From Bugula neritina (taxonomy: Eukaryota > Animalia > Bryozoa): 64,000 nt of DNA. This document shows positions 1 through 15,000 of the stretch, in pieces. Made by a program: the position numbers and the translations under genes. Position 1 is the first letter of the stretch. Each line of letters begins with the position of its first letter. Where the stretch lies: the NCBI GenBank assembly GCA_964035545.1, contig OZ037772.1, forward strand, positions 10,476,818-10,540,817. Reading direction: 5' to 3'. The notes below the pieces were generated by a model. It searched no databases and had not been told where the DNA came from. It was given only the letters and a program-made list of their open reading frames with translations.

Positions 1-27
1 TGTGTTAACACAACCTCTACATTGTAG

Positions 28-3000
28 TCGAGGCCGATAGCTGTGCCGTTACAGTCGCTGTTCGTGTGAGACCGTTCGCCCAGAGAGAGATCAACGATCA
101 GAGGAACAGACGAGTTGTGTTTATGAGAGGAAACGAGACTACAGTGCAGTCATCTGGTCAGTGTCCAGGACATGCTCCAATACTATATCTAGTCTCAGTA
201 TTATTGTTTCCAATTCATGTACTTCATCTGTCTGTAGAATAAAATATTAGTTGTCAGGTTGTAGGATGTTTATGTTAACCAAAATACCAGCTGCTTTTTT
301 CTCCTTAAGAATTTGTTTGCAATCCAAAATTCATCTGTCGTAGCGGGTGTTAGGACATAATATAGACTATATAAGTTTGTTAAGGAGTTGTCCGTTCACC
401 TTCGGGTCATTGCTGATCACCAACATACAATTTACCTGTTTTAGACTTGAGTTTGTATTTGAAATACTTTTTTTCACTTGTGTATCGAAGGTAGAAAACA
501 CATTCTGCGCAAGTATACATTCAAACCTTGCATCTCAAAGAGCTTACACTAATGTGTGGGAGTTTTTTCCTTTTCACATTAGGATAGAATATTCACATTT
601 TTTAAGTATTTTGAGTTACTGTTCACAGGCTGTATTAGAGGGTAGTTCACCTCTTTTAATTACCTTTGACCTCTGTTTGGCTGTGCTGTTAGTAGCCTTT
701 CCCATATTTTTCCAGATAGCAGTCCTGTACACACGTTTCAGTACGACTACTCTTTTGACTCATTTGACTCCAATAGCCCTGGTTTCTCAAGTCAGCTGAG
801 GGTGTATGAATGCCTGGCCCAACCCATTTTGACCAGAGCCTTTCAAGGGTACAACACGTGTCTGTTTGCATACGGCCAGACGGGGTCTGGGAAAAGTTAC
901 AGCATCATGGGACACGGCAGCGATGACGGTATTATACCAAGATTCTCTGAGGAGCTGTTTGATAGGGCTGACAAGTTGCAGTCCGCTGATAATGATGTGG
1001 TGAGTCTGATGGTACTGAGGCTATTCCTTGCTTTTTTGAGCTACAGATTAGAGGGAATATTTATCACAGAGTATAGGGAGCTAATCAGAGTTATGTTTTG
1101 ATGACGATAGACTAGTATAGAGTGTTATTTCATATTAATTGCACAAATCTGAGATAAATTATTATATACATAAATTTTTAGCAAAAATATTTTTTTATCT
1201 TGACTTTGTTGTGTTGCTTTTATGTCTGCTTTATAGTTCAGCAATGCTGTTATGTCATCTACTTCATGTTTCAGTGTTCTGTGAATGTGGAGACATCATT
1301 CTTTGAGATCTACAACGAGAAGATTCACGATCTGCTGGCATTCAATAAAGTTTCCTCGAGCAGCAAGCAAAATGTATGTATACAGGATAAACTCTTTCTC
1401 TCCTTGTATGTAGTGGCTAATACTTACTATGGTAAAGTTTGTCATATGGTGTGAAACACTGTATATGATCATGTGATGTGTCTATGTAACACTGTATGTA
1501 GTCATGTGATGTATATATGTAACACTGTATGTGATCATGTGATGTATATTTTCAGCTGAGGGTTAGAGAACACCCTGAAAGTGGCCCCTACGTCGAGGGT
1601 CTTTCCACTTTTCCTGTCGCCTCTTTTGATGACATCATCGTGAGTACTTCTAATTTGTAGTGTCGTAACTCCAAAGTAGAAGTATTTTGTAAAGGAAAGA
1701 AATTGTCAACATATTTTCCCTAGGATTTTGACCCAAACAACCAATGAAATGTTTAACTGGCAAAATATTTATATGTATGCATTATTATAGCCTTTAAACT
1801 TCAACTCTGAAACTTTTATATATCTTATATCCATTCGAAAAAGTAAGGGCTAATATAACGCAAGAAAACATCTAAAGACAGCAACTTGTAATTAAGTGTG
1901 TTTCATATTCCATAGAAACTGCTGACTCTGGGTAATAGGCAGCGTGCCACTGCCAGTACCGGTATGAATGACAAGAGTTCAAGGTCACACTCAGTGTTCA
2001 CACTCCATCTCACTCAGAGCAAGGTATTGTCACTTCCTGTACAACTACTTCCTGTTTCACTGCTTCCTGTTTCATTACTTCCTGTTTCACTATTTCCTGT
2101 TTATTTACTCAACTCAACGTATGATCTGTAGTATGTATGCTGACAGTACAACTTCTGTAGCTGTAACTTTATTTGTATTTTACCTGCCAGACATCAGTTT
2201 ATTTATTTACGCTGCTGGTGATACAGTTTTTATTTACCTACTATTTTTTCCTGGCACCTCCATGAGCCTGGATGTACTCATCTACTGCAAACTCTGTGAC
2301 ATATAATTGTTGATGTTTCACATGACGTACATTACCAGATGAGCCTGTGTAGCTGCAAGACTATTTCAAATGCAATTAACATTATTTTACGGGAATTGAG
2401 TGCAAGTAAATTTCACTGCAAATTAAAAAGTCGTTCAACTCAACATAGGGTTTTTTTCAAGTTTAAATACATCATTGATTTTCTTGGATTGTATAGTTTT
2501 ACTAGTGTCAGGTGGTAGGTTTGAGGATATTGTGTAGTCTAGGTTAGGGATGGGATATCTAACATTCTGCTAAGCAAACAGGTTGTCGTGAGTAAACACG
2601 AGATATTGAGTGCACTGGTTGACCTTAAAGCTTCCATTCTCCAGGCATGTTGTAAACAAAATAAAGTTGATGAACATTCTTTTAACATAAATCAATAAAT
2701 TCTCTTTGTTTAGGAATAAAAACATGCAGTTTGTATGAATTGCTATTGATTTAAGCTAGTTTATGGTGAATTTCTGTTCCTTTTACATATATTTTGTAGT
2801 TATCTTACACTGCAATTCTGTCCTTGAACTTGTGTATTTGTATTAACTGCTGTGTGTAGCCCGTAATTCCTATGCGCTGTAGACTATGGACTTTGAGGCT
2901 GGTCAACACGAGCACTCGGTAGTCAGTAAGATAAACCTGGTTGATCTGGCCGGATCTGAGAGACAGTCTTCTGCGCAGACGTCCGGGGAGAGACTGAAGG

Positions 3001-6000
3001 AGGGAGCCAGCATTAACAAGTATGACCTTCACCTTTCATACCATGTGTCTAGCTACTGCTAGTCATGCTGTTGTGCTTAAATCTTCACCTTTCATAATAT
3101 AAGAAATTGGAATAAAAAGCTGATGAAAAATTATCTTCCTTTTATTTAGTGAATTTTGGAGTATTAAATATTGACATATTTTGTATTCTGTTGAATAGTT
3201 ATATTTTATTCTTATAAGAAGTATTACTTTATTGTCATAAGAAGTAGATGGATGGAATTGGTACTCCTTACCTTACATATCATTCAGTCATATCTATACA
3301 TATATAACAATATTTGATAATTTCTAGTTTCCTGAGAATATAATTTTGCATTTTAAGTTTCAAAGTATTTTAGTTTTGTTCTAGTAATTGCTTTCAACTT
3401 GAATATTGTTGACTGAATTGTTACCAGATATTATACTAACATGTAGTTCATGTTGGCAGGTCTCTGCTAACCCTCGGCAAAGTCATCAGTGTGCTAGCTG
3501 AGCAGAGTTCTCAGGCTAAGAAGAAGAAGTTGTTTGTCCCATACAGAGACTCAGTTCTCACCTGGCTGTTGAGAGAAAGTTTGGGTGGCAACTCTCGCAC
3601 TGCAATGATTGCTACTATTAGTCCATCTAGCCTCAATCTTGAAGAAACTTTGTCTACCCTCAGGTAATTGTGTGACAAAACAGCTGTGTAGTTATTATGT
3701 GACTAAATATGAGATATGTCATGTCATTGGTTATATAATTATGTGACTAAATATCAAACAAGTTATATGTAAGTGATTATAAGTAACGAGTGACGTGATT
3801 GGTTATATAGCCATGTTACGTAATGTGTAAAAAGTCATGTGATTGGTTATATTCTTTTAGATTGTATTTTTTACTTCACATTTTAAAACGCTTCTAAATT
3901 CCAAAGTTTCTGCAATTTTTATTTTTCTCTTGAAAAGTTTTAATTGAGGGTATAAATCTTGGTGCTAGGTAGCATGTTTTTCGTCACATTTACAGGTATG
4001 CCAAGCAGGCCCGTTCTATAGTCAACCTCGCAAGGGTAAATGAAGACCCCAAGGCTAAGTTGATCAGAGAGTTGCGGGCTGAGATAGATAGACTGAGAGC
4101 AGAGCAGTCTGGTCAAGGCGGGGACAGTCTTTCTACCATGCAAGAGATTCTGGATCTCCGCAAAGCTCTGAAGGTGATGCAACTTCCTCTCGTGTCTGTA
4201 GTCGGTTTTTTGTGGAATATGGAATGTAACATATATAATATAGTAATAAATATTATATTATGTTCAAAAGAAATTATGAATGATTACTATGTATGTGCAA
4301 TATAATATATATAATATTATAATATTATTGCTGTGCTACAGTATATATAATACTCGTATATACTGTAGCAGAGCGTTGTATCTCAATACATATGCTACAG
4401 TTATTGCTACTGTACCACAGTTCAATATATCAAGTCATACTTGTGTTTAGGAGAAAGAGTTGAACTTGGAAAATCAGCAAAGAGATTGGCAGTTGAAACT
4501 CAAGTTGGCTGAGCAGAAAGTGAGGGAAGAGGCATCCGCCCTCGAGCATACTGGTGAGTATTGGTAATTGTCTTCTCTCGAACATACTGGTGAGTATTGG
4601 TAATTGTCCGCCCTCGAGCATACTGGTGAGTATTGGTAATTGTCTTCTCTCGAACATACTGGTGAGTATTGGTAATTGTCCGCCCTCGAGCATACTGGTG
4701 AGTATTGGTAATTGTCTTCTCTCGAACATACTGGTGAGTATTGGTAATTGTCCGCCCTCGAGCATACTGGTGAGTATTAGTAATTGTCTCTCCTAGAAAG
4801 CTAAATAGCATTTTTGGAAAAGTGAATTAATTGTAATAGGATTTGTCATCAGCCATTGTATAGATTGTGAAAGGCATTTGTGAGTTTTTTTCTGCAGCTT
4901 TTTATTTGACTTGATCAGCTCAATAATATGTACCTACCACGAAGTAGTTCATTCTTTTGTATTGTGATCTCAGGTGTGGCCGCAACATCTGTGAACAACA
5001 AACTGCCAAATCTAGTCAATTTGAATGAAGATCCTCAGCTATCCGAGATCTTACTCTATCTCCTTGAAGAAGGTGAAACGAAGGTCGGCAGGCAAGGAGC
5101 GAGCCAGCAGCAGCAGTGTGACATACAACTTTCTGGAGCTCTTGTCTCAGACTATCATTGGTTGGTTAGATGCATTTTCTTCTCTTCGTTTCAGCTTATT
5201 AGTATAGTAAAATATGACTTGCTGCCGATACCAAGATATCGAACCATTAAATATAGAAGATGGGGCAGAGATACCATGTTATTACTTTAAATGATCTTTT
5301 ATTCTAGATAATCCAACAGAGTTCTGAATTTTTCTTTCTCCACTTTTATTCATGTCTACTTTTTATGGCCAGTATTTACACTGAATTTCACAGTGTGTGT
5401 TCATGTCTGTGATATGCAATAAACCAATCAATATATTAGTAAAGTGAAATACAACTCAATTTCAATCAGTGTAATTATGCATTAATTTATTATTGTAACT
5501 GCAATGAAGTTTAACTTGCTACTAATTCTTGTGATCTCAGTGTTGTCACATCCTCTTTCTTCGTGTTCATATGCTCAACACAAATTTTTTTACTATCTAT
5601 GACATTCTTACAGTTAGAGTTGCTCAGAGTATACATGTGGTACTTGAAAAGCAAACAATTTTTATTTTAAAATAAAATACTGTGTCATAGAGAACGTGGT
5701 TGTGTAGAGTCAAGTTTTAAATTTAAGTCAGTTTTAGCTGGTTGGTGACTCTCTTCAAATGTAGTGTCCATGTTACAGTCTGTTGGTGCATCGAGATAAC
5801 CAGGTGGTGATAACTCCAATTGATAAAGAAGCTCCCACTTTCGTGAACGGAGAGCAGATTGTGGACTCCATGACACTGAACCATGTAAGACGTGTGAACG
5901 GTAACCATACTGGCTATGAATCTACCAGCTTACTGTGTGGCCAGATTCTGTTAGCTATGTGTATCTAATGACACTGGAGAACTGCGTTACCTATACTGTT

Positions 6001-9000
6001 AATATGAACCTCATGGTGTTTAAGTGTTACAATAACCTGTAGAAAATTGACATTTCGAAGTGCACTTGCTAGTGCTAAATTCTTTTTAGTTATATATGTA
6101 TGCATAAAACTAGTCAATTGGCATTTCTAATATACTTCCTAAATTTCTACAGCATAACATTTTCGATCTTATAGCAATTGTGAAGTGCGTTAAGAGGCAA
6201 ACTCTACTGGATTCTATCTAATCACATGGGTGATACAATCTAGTATAAAACTGATAGAGTAGGGTTTATAGTTTACCTACCAAACTTTTGCGGGAGAACA
6301 TTTTCAGTTTTGAATCATTTCCTGTTATCATGTCTGTAGGGGGACAGAGTTATTATCGGTGGTGATCACTATTTCCGCTTTAATCACCCTGCTGGCGTTG
6401 ACCCGTCTAAACGCAAGTCCTCCGGTATTCCTAAAGACTTCCTGTTTGCTAAGGCTGAGATTGAGAAGGCGCAGAATGATCGGTAAACCTGTTTATTGTG
6501 TACAGTTATGTCTTTATTAGTGTTCCCAGGCACATTAGTCATTTGATGCGTATTTATTAATGTTCCCAGGCACATTGGTCGTCATTCGGCATATATGTTT
6601 AGTGATCATTGTATACTTCCATGTCGTGATGAATAATATATTATAATACTGTCACTGTAACTACACAGTCAGTGGTTGGGAATAAGACTTTTAGTAAACA
6701 CCAACGATTTCACTTGCTATTCGCAAAATTTAATAACTGTTGTATTGTAATTTTTTTCAGTTTAGCAAGGGAGCGACTCCAATATGTTTATTTATGCCAA
6801 TAATTTTATTCATATCCACTGTATACGAAGTGTGATCTTTGCTCTATTGTGATTCCCTACATTTAGTCTAGAGAGGGAGCGACTCCGAATTAAAGGAGAG
6901 TTGGAGAAGAGAATGGCGGAGCACTTGCAGGAAGTAGAAACCAATTACAGTCAACAGCTGAAGGACCAGGAAGATTGCTACAGTCAACAACTGAAAAACC
7001 AGAAGTTAGAATACGAGAGTCAGTTGAGAAAAATTCAGTCAGATATGGTAACTATGCAACTGTTTAGACTAGTCACTAATTTTGATTAATAAGTCGCTGT
7101 AATCTTTTGGAGTTGCCCACACTTTGACAGATTTGTTATTTTGTTGTGTTTGGTTATTATAGTTCCAGTTAAATCACTTCTGCAGCAGATTTATGGTTGG
7201 TTATTCTTCTACTCACAGCATACTTTAGGGCAGCAGCTTGACATGGTGTCATATAGTCTTGGTTTGAATACAGAAGTTAGTGTTTTTGCTGAGAATATTT
7301 TTAAATACTCTGTTGCAGGTAAAGCAGCGCACGCAATCTGCCGTGGTGACGGACTCTTTACCTACCGTCTCCTCGGCCCAGCGCTTCCTCTCCAGTCTGC
7401 GTGCCGAGAAACTGAAGCTAGCCGAGTCTCACGCCAGACTCAAACATCTGAAAGGAGGCAAAGAGGAAGTGGCTGTGAAGAGCCTAGCTTCAGTTCCTAG
7501 TGGTGAGCTTCAGTTAGTAGGGGTCGGCCATGTGGTGTTTCGATGCCCACTAATGGATTAGGGTGAATCTAGATTTGATCTAGATCTGTAAGGGAGAAAG
7601 GGTTGTGTTGTTTTCGCTCATATTTTTCATCTCTATCGTTGTGGAAATAATTAAAAAAAAGGCTTTGGGTTTTTACAACATTTATTTACAATTGTTGATT
7701 GCAACCTTATGCTCTCTCATTTCAGAAAGTCCAGCAATTTCAGCTTTAGTTATCTGTCTTCATCACAGCACCATTGCTTTGATTCCTTTTCATTTTTATG
7801 AGTGCCTTGAAAATTCAATATTACATTATATATCAATATTACGTTTTATTAGTTTATTGTATTCAAATGTAACAGCATGCCTGTGTGACAATTAGCTAGT
7901 GTATATTAGTTACTTGGTAACCCTTTGACCTCTACACCTCCTGCACAACTCATTGTTTTGTGTTTAGAGTTATTTTCTCTTACCTGCACACAGTTATAAT
8001 TTATGTGTTTCATTTCTAGAGAATTATAGGAGAAAGGGTAAAGTTTGTCTATATGCTTATTTTAATTGTGTTTTTGAGTGCTTTTTTCGATTTATAATTG
8101 CTAAGTATCTGCTAGTCATGCCCCCCCCCCCCTCCCCCAGTGGTATGTTGCTATGACGTGAACTAGGCATGGCATGGTTTCATTGAGAGGCTGTTGAGGA
8201 TAACAATTTTGTTAGATTTGCTGTATGCTTGACCTCTGACCCTTAATTGCTAATTACATTGTTGTGAGATTTATTTATTTATCTGAATACTGTGCTAGAC
8301 CTCATTGCATATATAAACAAGTTGTAAAACATATTGTATTACCTTTTAGTGGTAAACAAAAAAGTGTTTTTTTATGTGAAAGAAGCTTAAAATCTTTGGT
8401 TTATGGTTACTTTTCAGTTTTTCCTCCTAAATTAAAGTAGAATTTTTTAAATTTTGTATTATCAGATCCTAATGAGTTGTATCGTATGAGATGAGAAGTA
8501 CAAAATAAAATAACCTAGTTTCCTTAAAAAATTGCTGAGCTAAATGTAGGACTTTGAAAATCACACAGTATAAATTTAGTCCAATTTCCTTCTGTTTTCT
8601 GTAGAACGGGGTAAAACTGACCTTTATAAGGTCGCTCTTCTTATAAGGGAAGGCAATAAACTGAGTCAACTCAAGTCAATGCCTACAGTAAGTAATATGT
8701 TGTCAATGAGAGCACAACTACTGTATTATACTTGCATTGTTCATAGTGTCTACATTAGCTTTACAATAGCATGTACTTCAGAAATTATCTTCTGTCTGTA
8801 TATGTCTTGTGTCTATGCCGGGATTAAAGCATGTACCAGATAGTATTTTAAATATGCATTTTTATTGTCGTTTTCTTATTATCATTTATAGAAGTTTCAA
8901 GATTTTAAATTTTGAACTTTGAAAGTTTTTTCTGTATAAAATGGATTACAAAATTATGTAATTGATGGTTAGTGGCTAGCTGCTGGTGATATATTGTCTG

Positions 9001-12000
9001 GTCTCAATTAGGATTTTTGTGTGATTGTGTTAAGAATACTTAAAGACTCAAAAGTTTTATATGATTATTTGTTTATGCACGCACACACATTTGGTTATAT
9101 GTTTATTTATATAATATATTTATTTGTAAATATTCATGTAATTAAGTTACACACCACGTGTCTGTCTTTTACCAGGTATTTGAACAAGAAGAAGTGGACA
9201 ATGTCATGGTTGTCAAGGTAACAGATAAACAACTCAATAGATACACACACCTCACTGTGTCTAAGTTTGAGGAGAGATTAGCCGACATGCGAGAGTTACT
9301 CCACAGTAACACACCTTACGAGGAGTGTCTGGCTGTCTTCTCCAACCCTGGTGACAGTTGGAAGAGCTCCTTAACCCCCCTCAATCAGCAGGTTACCAGG
9401 TAATTTAGCTACTAAGGCTAAGTATGGTCTACATTATAACAGTTCCACTAACTACTCCTCGCATATGCCTAAGAATCTTATAGTTTAGTTTTGTTGGCCT
9501 AATCACTGGGACAGTTCTAGCGTATACATGTTAGGGCTGGCTCGATCACCAATTTAAGTTCAGTTTTTGTCCTTGAAATTTTTCTTCATAGCATTAGTTT
9601 TGAAAAATTTGTTAATTAAAATGCCAACAACATAATGTCCTTGCTATTTGATAATTCAACTATCTCATTTACTAGCGAAGTATAAATAGAGAAATTTGCG
9701 TGGTCACGTGACAACAAACTCTGTCCAATCAAACCTGCGTCCAATGCTGTAAGGTAGCTGTAAGAAATATTGTCAGCATAAGATAGGCTGTTTTCATACA
9801 AAACCAACTACTTCACCCGATAACTTTTGGGGGCATATTGAAGAAAACTACTTCAGGGGCTGATTGAATCTAATTGTTGCAGCCTTTCCATATTGACATT
9901 AGCACGAGGTAAGTCGTTGAAAGTTGCTTATGTTTGAGTAATGAATATACTCGTATCATTGCTAGAAAAGTTAATTTTTATTGCTGCTTTCAGTACCTAA
10001 GTAACTTTTAAATGTTATTATTGCAAATAAGTTTAGTTTTGGTAGTAAGTTGTTGTTTTTTAATCAAATTTTCATTGTCACTTTTGATGGATTTCGACTG
10101 CATAACGTTATCGGTCCCGGCCATTGCCATTCCGATGTTGTAATAAGACTTGCAGTTGATCGTAATAGCTTTAAAAATAAATGGCAATATGAATATTATT
10201 CATTATTAATTGAACTTGATATATATTATCTAACTAGTAGTTGCTATTACAAAATGTATAATTTTAAAATTGCAATGATAACGATTGTTATCAAAATTCA
10301 TATTGTTTATTTATTAAATAATTGATAAAATTATTTGTTTTGATCAGATAATAATTATAATCATAATGATAATGATAACAATTATTATTGTAATACTTAC
10401 TGTAACACAACTTAATTGATTAGTTGTTAATACTATAATAGGCAGGCAGTGTAACACCATTTTTCTATAGTTTGGTTAAATTATTAGATGGTGTGGTACA
10501 ACACTGTACCGGGTCAGAGGCTTGACCTGTGTTTTTATTTGGAACAGGCAAGGGCTGAGTTTAACATGCACTGTTAGTCTCAGCTGGGTTCTCTTTTGAA
10601 AGTTATTTTGCTAGTACACAATGCATATCATTTTCAGCTAATATCAAGATGAGAATTTCACATTGCTTAAAGCATTTTCGTACATTTTTAGCAGAATAAT
10701 AATACTGAGAATGGTGAAACCTCGATCTGAAATGGTCATCCTCGAAGACTGGCTGCTCAAAAGATTGGCATCACACATCACAGTATGTATAGTCTTTAAA
10801 AAATTTACTTAGAGGCACGTTTTTGCCATATTTACATTCTATTTCAGCTTTATAACTTCTCTCCCTTTTCCCATTTTAGCCTAATCCTGATTTAAAAAGA
10901 ATGCTGCGATGAGCCAGTTGGTTTATTTGGGAAAAAGGAAGAGCTGGAGTCTTCAACTGCCCTGTAAGGTTTATGCAGTTTGAAAATAATATGCACTGTT
11001 GAATGAAATTTTACCCAACTATGTTGCCAAATGCATTTCCTCTTTTTATTATAGGTTCCTCACCTATGCTGCAAACCCAAGGTCTGGTTAGTAGTGTGTG
11101 AGGGGGGGGGGTAATAATCTAAGCCTAGGAGAAAGTCCATCCCAACTTGCAAACAGTTATATCCAGGACTGAAGCTGTGGTTCTCTGGAGATGCCCTTGC
11201 GTTGCCGGTTTCAGAAATGTTATAAAGTGCCTGAAAACTTTTAACAACCTTTCATAGCCTTGGTTTTTGACTGCACAATTTGTATATTTATTATTAATTA
11301 CAATAATTGTAATCACATTTCAACATTTTTCTTACCATTACAGGTAGAAAGCAAAGTTGCTGTCTTATAATATACTTTTTCAATTCTTCTGGTATTAATG
11401 TTCTTTATGTTAACTTCAGTTATTTCCAAAATTTATTCTGATATTTTAGATTAGTAAGCACCTAGTAATTTCTTCCTTATTTAAAATTTTGCTGAGGCTT
11501 TAAATAGTTGACATAGTTGAAAATACAACATAAAGATTAGCCAGCTATAAACGGAACAGATTTTTGTACACACACACATATATATATAAATTATTTCTGC
11601 AACAAGATTTCAATTAAAACTTATCACGTGACAATATACTGCTTCAATAATTTTATTTTCAAATAAAATATGCAGCTCTTGAAACACATCTTGATAGAAT
11701 TTAGTTTTTCTTTCCATAAAAGTTCTTCATCTTTATTGTCTAGTTTCAAGGCACCGCCTACAACAGGAAACAAAATAGTGTTAGTCAAATGGACCGGCTA
11801 TAATTCTAGTATGATTGCGGTAGCAGGCTTACGTGCTTGATAGCAAATTAAATTAGTTAGCCTAATGATTTTTCGAGCAAAAGGGGCGTAATCGCACGGC
11901 CCTTCTGTTAAATAGTTAAGCGCTCAGCCTATGCCTGCCATTATTGGGACATGGCTGCTATTCAACAGAGTTGGCAAAAGGGCTTTTTTTAAACTGCAAA

Positions 12001-15000
12001 ATAGGCAGTTCTCGAGTAATATAGTATCTAAAATAGAATAGTGGAGTTTAAGTTAACATCCATTGTGCTAATAAAAGCCAATTTTGTTCGTTTGCAATCA
12101 ACTTTTATATTGTATTATACCTAACTACATTTACTTTCTACTGATTTCATTTACTTTCCAATACAAATGAGTGTAATATTTTTGACATTTCTCCTATCAA
12201 CTTCCACCAGGTATAGGTAGAGCAGCTCTATCTCTGTGTTTTTTTATTGACAGCTTGAGCGAGATCCTTAGTTGTGAGAATAAACTCACCTCTATGGAGT
12301 TAGTCATCAACTCTGCTTCAGCCAATCAGCAGTCTCCATCTATGAAGGTCAGAGGCAGGTCAAAGTCAAAACTCATGTCTTCGAGTACCATGTTCTCCAT
12401 GTGCAAAGATTTCGTCTCCTACAGTTTGCAGAAAAATAAAGGTATTCGGTTATTCTCTTCGGTGTTTGTCATCACTCAAGTGTTTGTCACCTTTTTTTAC
12501 AAAAAGAATTTCATTTACTAAAGCAGAAGTCATTGCTATTACTGCTGTTACTAATTAAATCATTACTAATTAAGTCATTACTATCACAGCCATTACTAAT
12601 TAACTTGCAGTCATTACTTATTAGGTCATTACTAATTGAGTCAATACTAATTAAGTCATTACTAATTGTGTCAGTACTAATTGAGTCATTACTAATTAAG
12701 TCATTACTACTAAAGTCATGATTGCTATTGCAGTCAATACTACCGAGGTCATTAATTAAGTCAGATTATTTTCACACAAAGCTAGTTTCTACTGTTTTGG
12801 AGTGATCCTCTCTCTGACCGTATACCTCGTATATATTCTCAGAGAGTACTCTGTTAGTTTACTGCTAGCTCTTATCTCATACGTGTAGCTCTGTACTGTT
12901 TATAGCAACCAATGCAGGGAGCAGGAAAGTGTTTGACTGCATACTGCGACAGTGTGAGTTGTGTAGAATCTCTGCCGGCAGCATTCTGGAGAGCTACAAG
13001 GCAGCGTCAGCAGGTGAGTCCTAATTTCTTTTTAAACTGTAAGCAGTATTTTGCATGAGGTGTGCTATTATATGTTTTAATAATTGTTGCTCAAAACTCT
13101 CACGATCTTGTATTGTGATGGCAACTCCTAGGTCTCATTTTATTAAATATATTGTCGTGACACAAATTTATAGAGTCGGAAGATTCCGAGTGTCAAGAAG
13201 CTACAGGGGCGTGTTGTCTGCAACTGGTGACCTCGTCAGAGGTGTTGTTGGAACAGTGCCAGCTGTGCTCCAGTATGTGTGATGATATTGACTCAGAGCA
13301 CCTTGCAGACACTGTGCGAAGGATGTCACAGCTCAGCAATAAGATCTCCAGGCTTATCATTCAATTCATGCAGGTGATTGTCTAATTATAACTTCACTCT
13401 ATGGTTGACATTTTATGTTGAGCAGATACTTACCAGAACTTTAGAAATTTGCAAAGGTTTCCAATAATATCCTGTAAATGTAAAACAATTCTGTAAAAGC
13501 AAACTGCATCTTATTGTTGGCATTTTATTTTGAATGACAACTTGTTTTTTTATTGTTTAAACTTACAGAAGTTGTATAAAAAGTGAAAATATCTTCAATA
13601 TGTTTTGTATCTGTTAATGTAAAAATACATAAACATTTCTAAAAGAGAAGCATTGCGAGTTTTTCATGAATAATTTCTCCATTTTTGTTTGCAGGCTTTG
13701 CTGAGTAATATAGACAAAGCAGTACATGATAGCACCTGCAGTTTGTTGACAGCTGTGCTGGAGCTTTGTAAGCTGTGTGGTGCCATGAGTCTTATGACAG
13801 ACACTGCACTGTCTATGCATTCTGACACTTTCCTGCAGGTAATCTATATGCACAACCTGTCACTCTATTATGACACTTCACAGCAGGTGGAATACACTTG
13901 CCCTGCCTTTTCATTGTATCTGACGTTTTTTCCTAAATTGTTTTTGCTGCAAAATCCTTTGCTCTGAATTTAACGTAGTTTTAAAAGATAGCTCAATCAT
14001 AATACTGTATGTGGTTGTCTATAATCATAATGTACTTTTAGTTAAGATCACATTTACGTGGAGAGTAGCAGTAACAAGTGCAATTAGTTTTTTGCATCAG
14101 ACAAGCTTTTTCATAAGATTTGTAATACATACTATAATATAGTATGTATTATACAAATAATATTATGATACATACCAGTTAGTAATAATCCGTACATATT
14201 TCTAATGAGTTTTATTTTCTCTTCACCAAGATTTAAAGTCTCTCAAATAGATCTAAGTTTTCAGATCCTGTGTTTCATAATGTGACAGTAGTCCCAGTTG
14301 ATTACATTCAAACCTGTCCATCAACCTGTGCTACTTGACAGCTGTCAACAGATGTGCGCATGGCATGTGCCCAAGGTGCCCTTGCTCAGTGTATCCATAC
14401 ATCTACAGAGAAGCTGACTGCAACCTTCTCATCCATAGATTATATGTGCAATAGTAAGTGTCTGCAATATATTCTATCATGTTTGTGGGGCTTTGAGTGT
14501 AGCTTTAGTTCTTTTGAAGACTCTCATACTAATGGTGCAGTGCAGTGGTGTCTCTTTATGACATGATGTTTGCGTAGTTTTGAGCTCTCTACTTACCTGC
14601 AAGCCAAGCTTAAGTCATGTATAATATATGAGCCACGCTAGGTGAAGAGTGTCGAAAGCTTTGATCAAGTGACAGTAGAACTCTCGTCTTTGTATAAATG
14701 CCAAGTACGTGTCACTTGGTGTCAATGGCAGCTGTCAACCAACAGCAGGTGGTAATTATGTCATGTTGTGCAGGTGCCCGCAACTGCCACGCTAAAGAGG
14801 ATATTTATGGTGCTGTTAACGGAGTACTCAACCAAGTGCAATCGTTTCTAATCAGTTATAGAGATGGTATTGGGAACACCCTCAAACTGGTGAGTACCTG
14901 CTTCATACTCTGACCGTTGATTGTCTTTATATTGGTCAATTTCCAGTACTTCCTCTCATGACTTGTTGGCATGTATGGGTAGTGTTTCAGGTGCTTGGTC

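Noticed and set aside
347-799. 150-aa ORF
   Set aside because: Mostly intronic, non-ATG start, and out of frame with the kinesin exon it overlaps
4430-4811. Repetitive ORFs on both strands, or a CRISPR-like 36-bp repeat
   Set aside because: The units are contiguous with no unique spacers, the context is a eukaryotic intron and no cas genes are present. The ORFs are by-products of the 36-bp period.
7605-7895. Hydrophobic ORF or possible KIF14 exon starting at 7726
   Set aside because: No convincing phase-compatible donor; the hydrophobicity reflects T-rich intron composition
9532-10125. Possible hAT MITE (TAGGGCTGGCTCGAT ... ATCGGTCCCGGCCA)
   Set aside because: Weak terminal complementarity and no target-site duplication found
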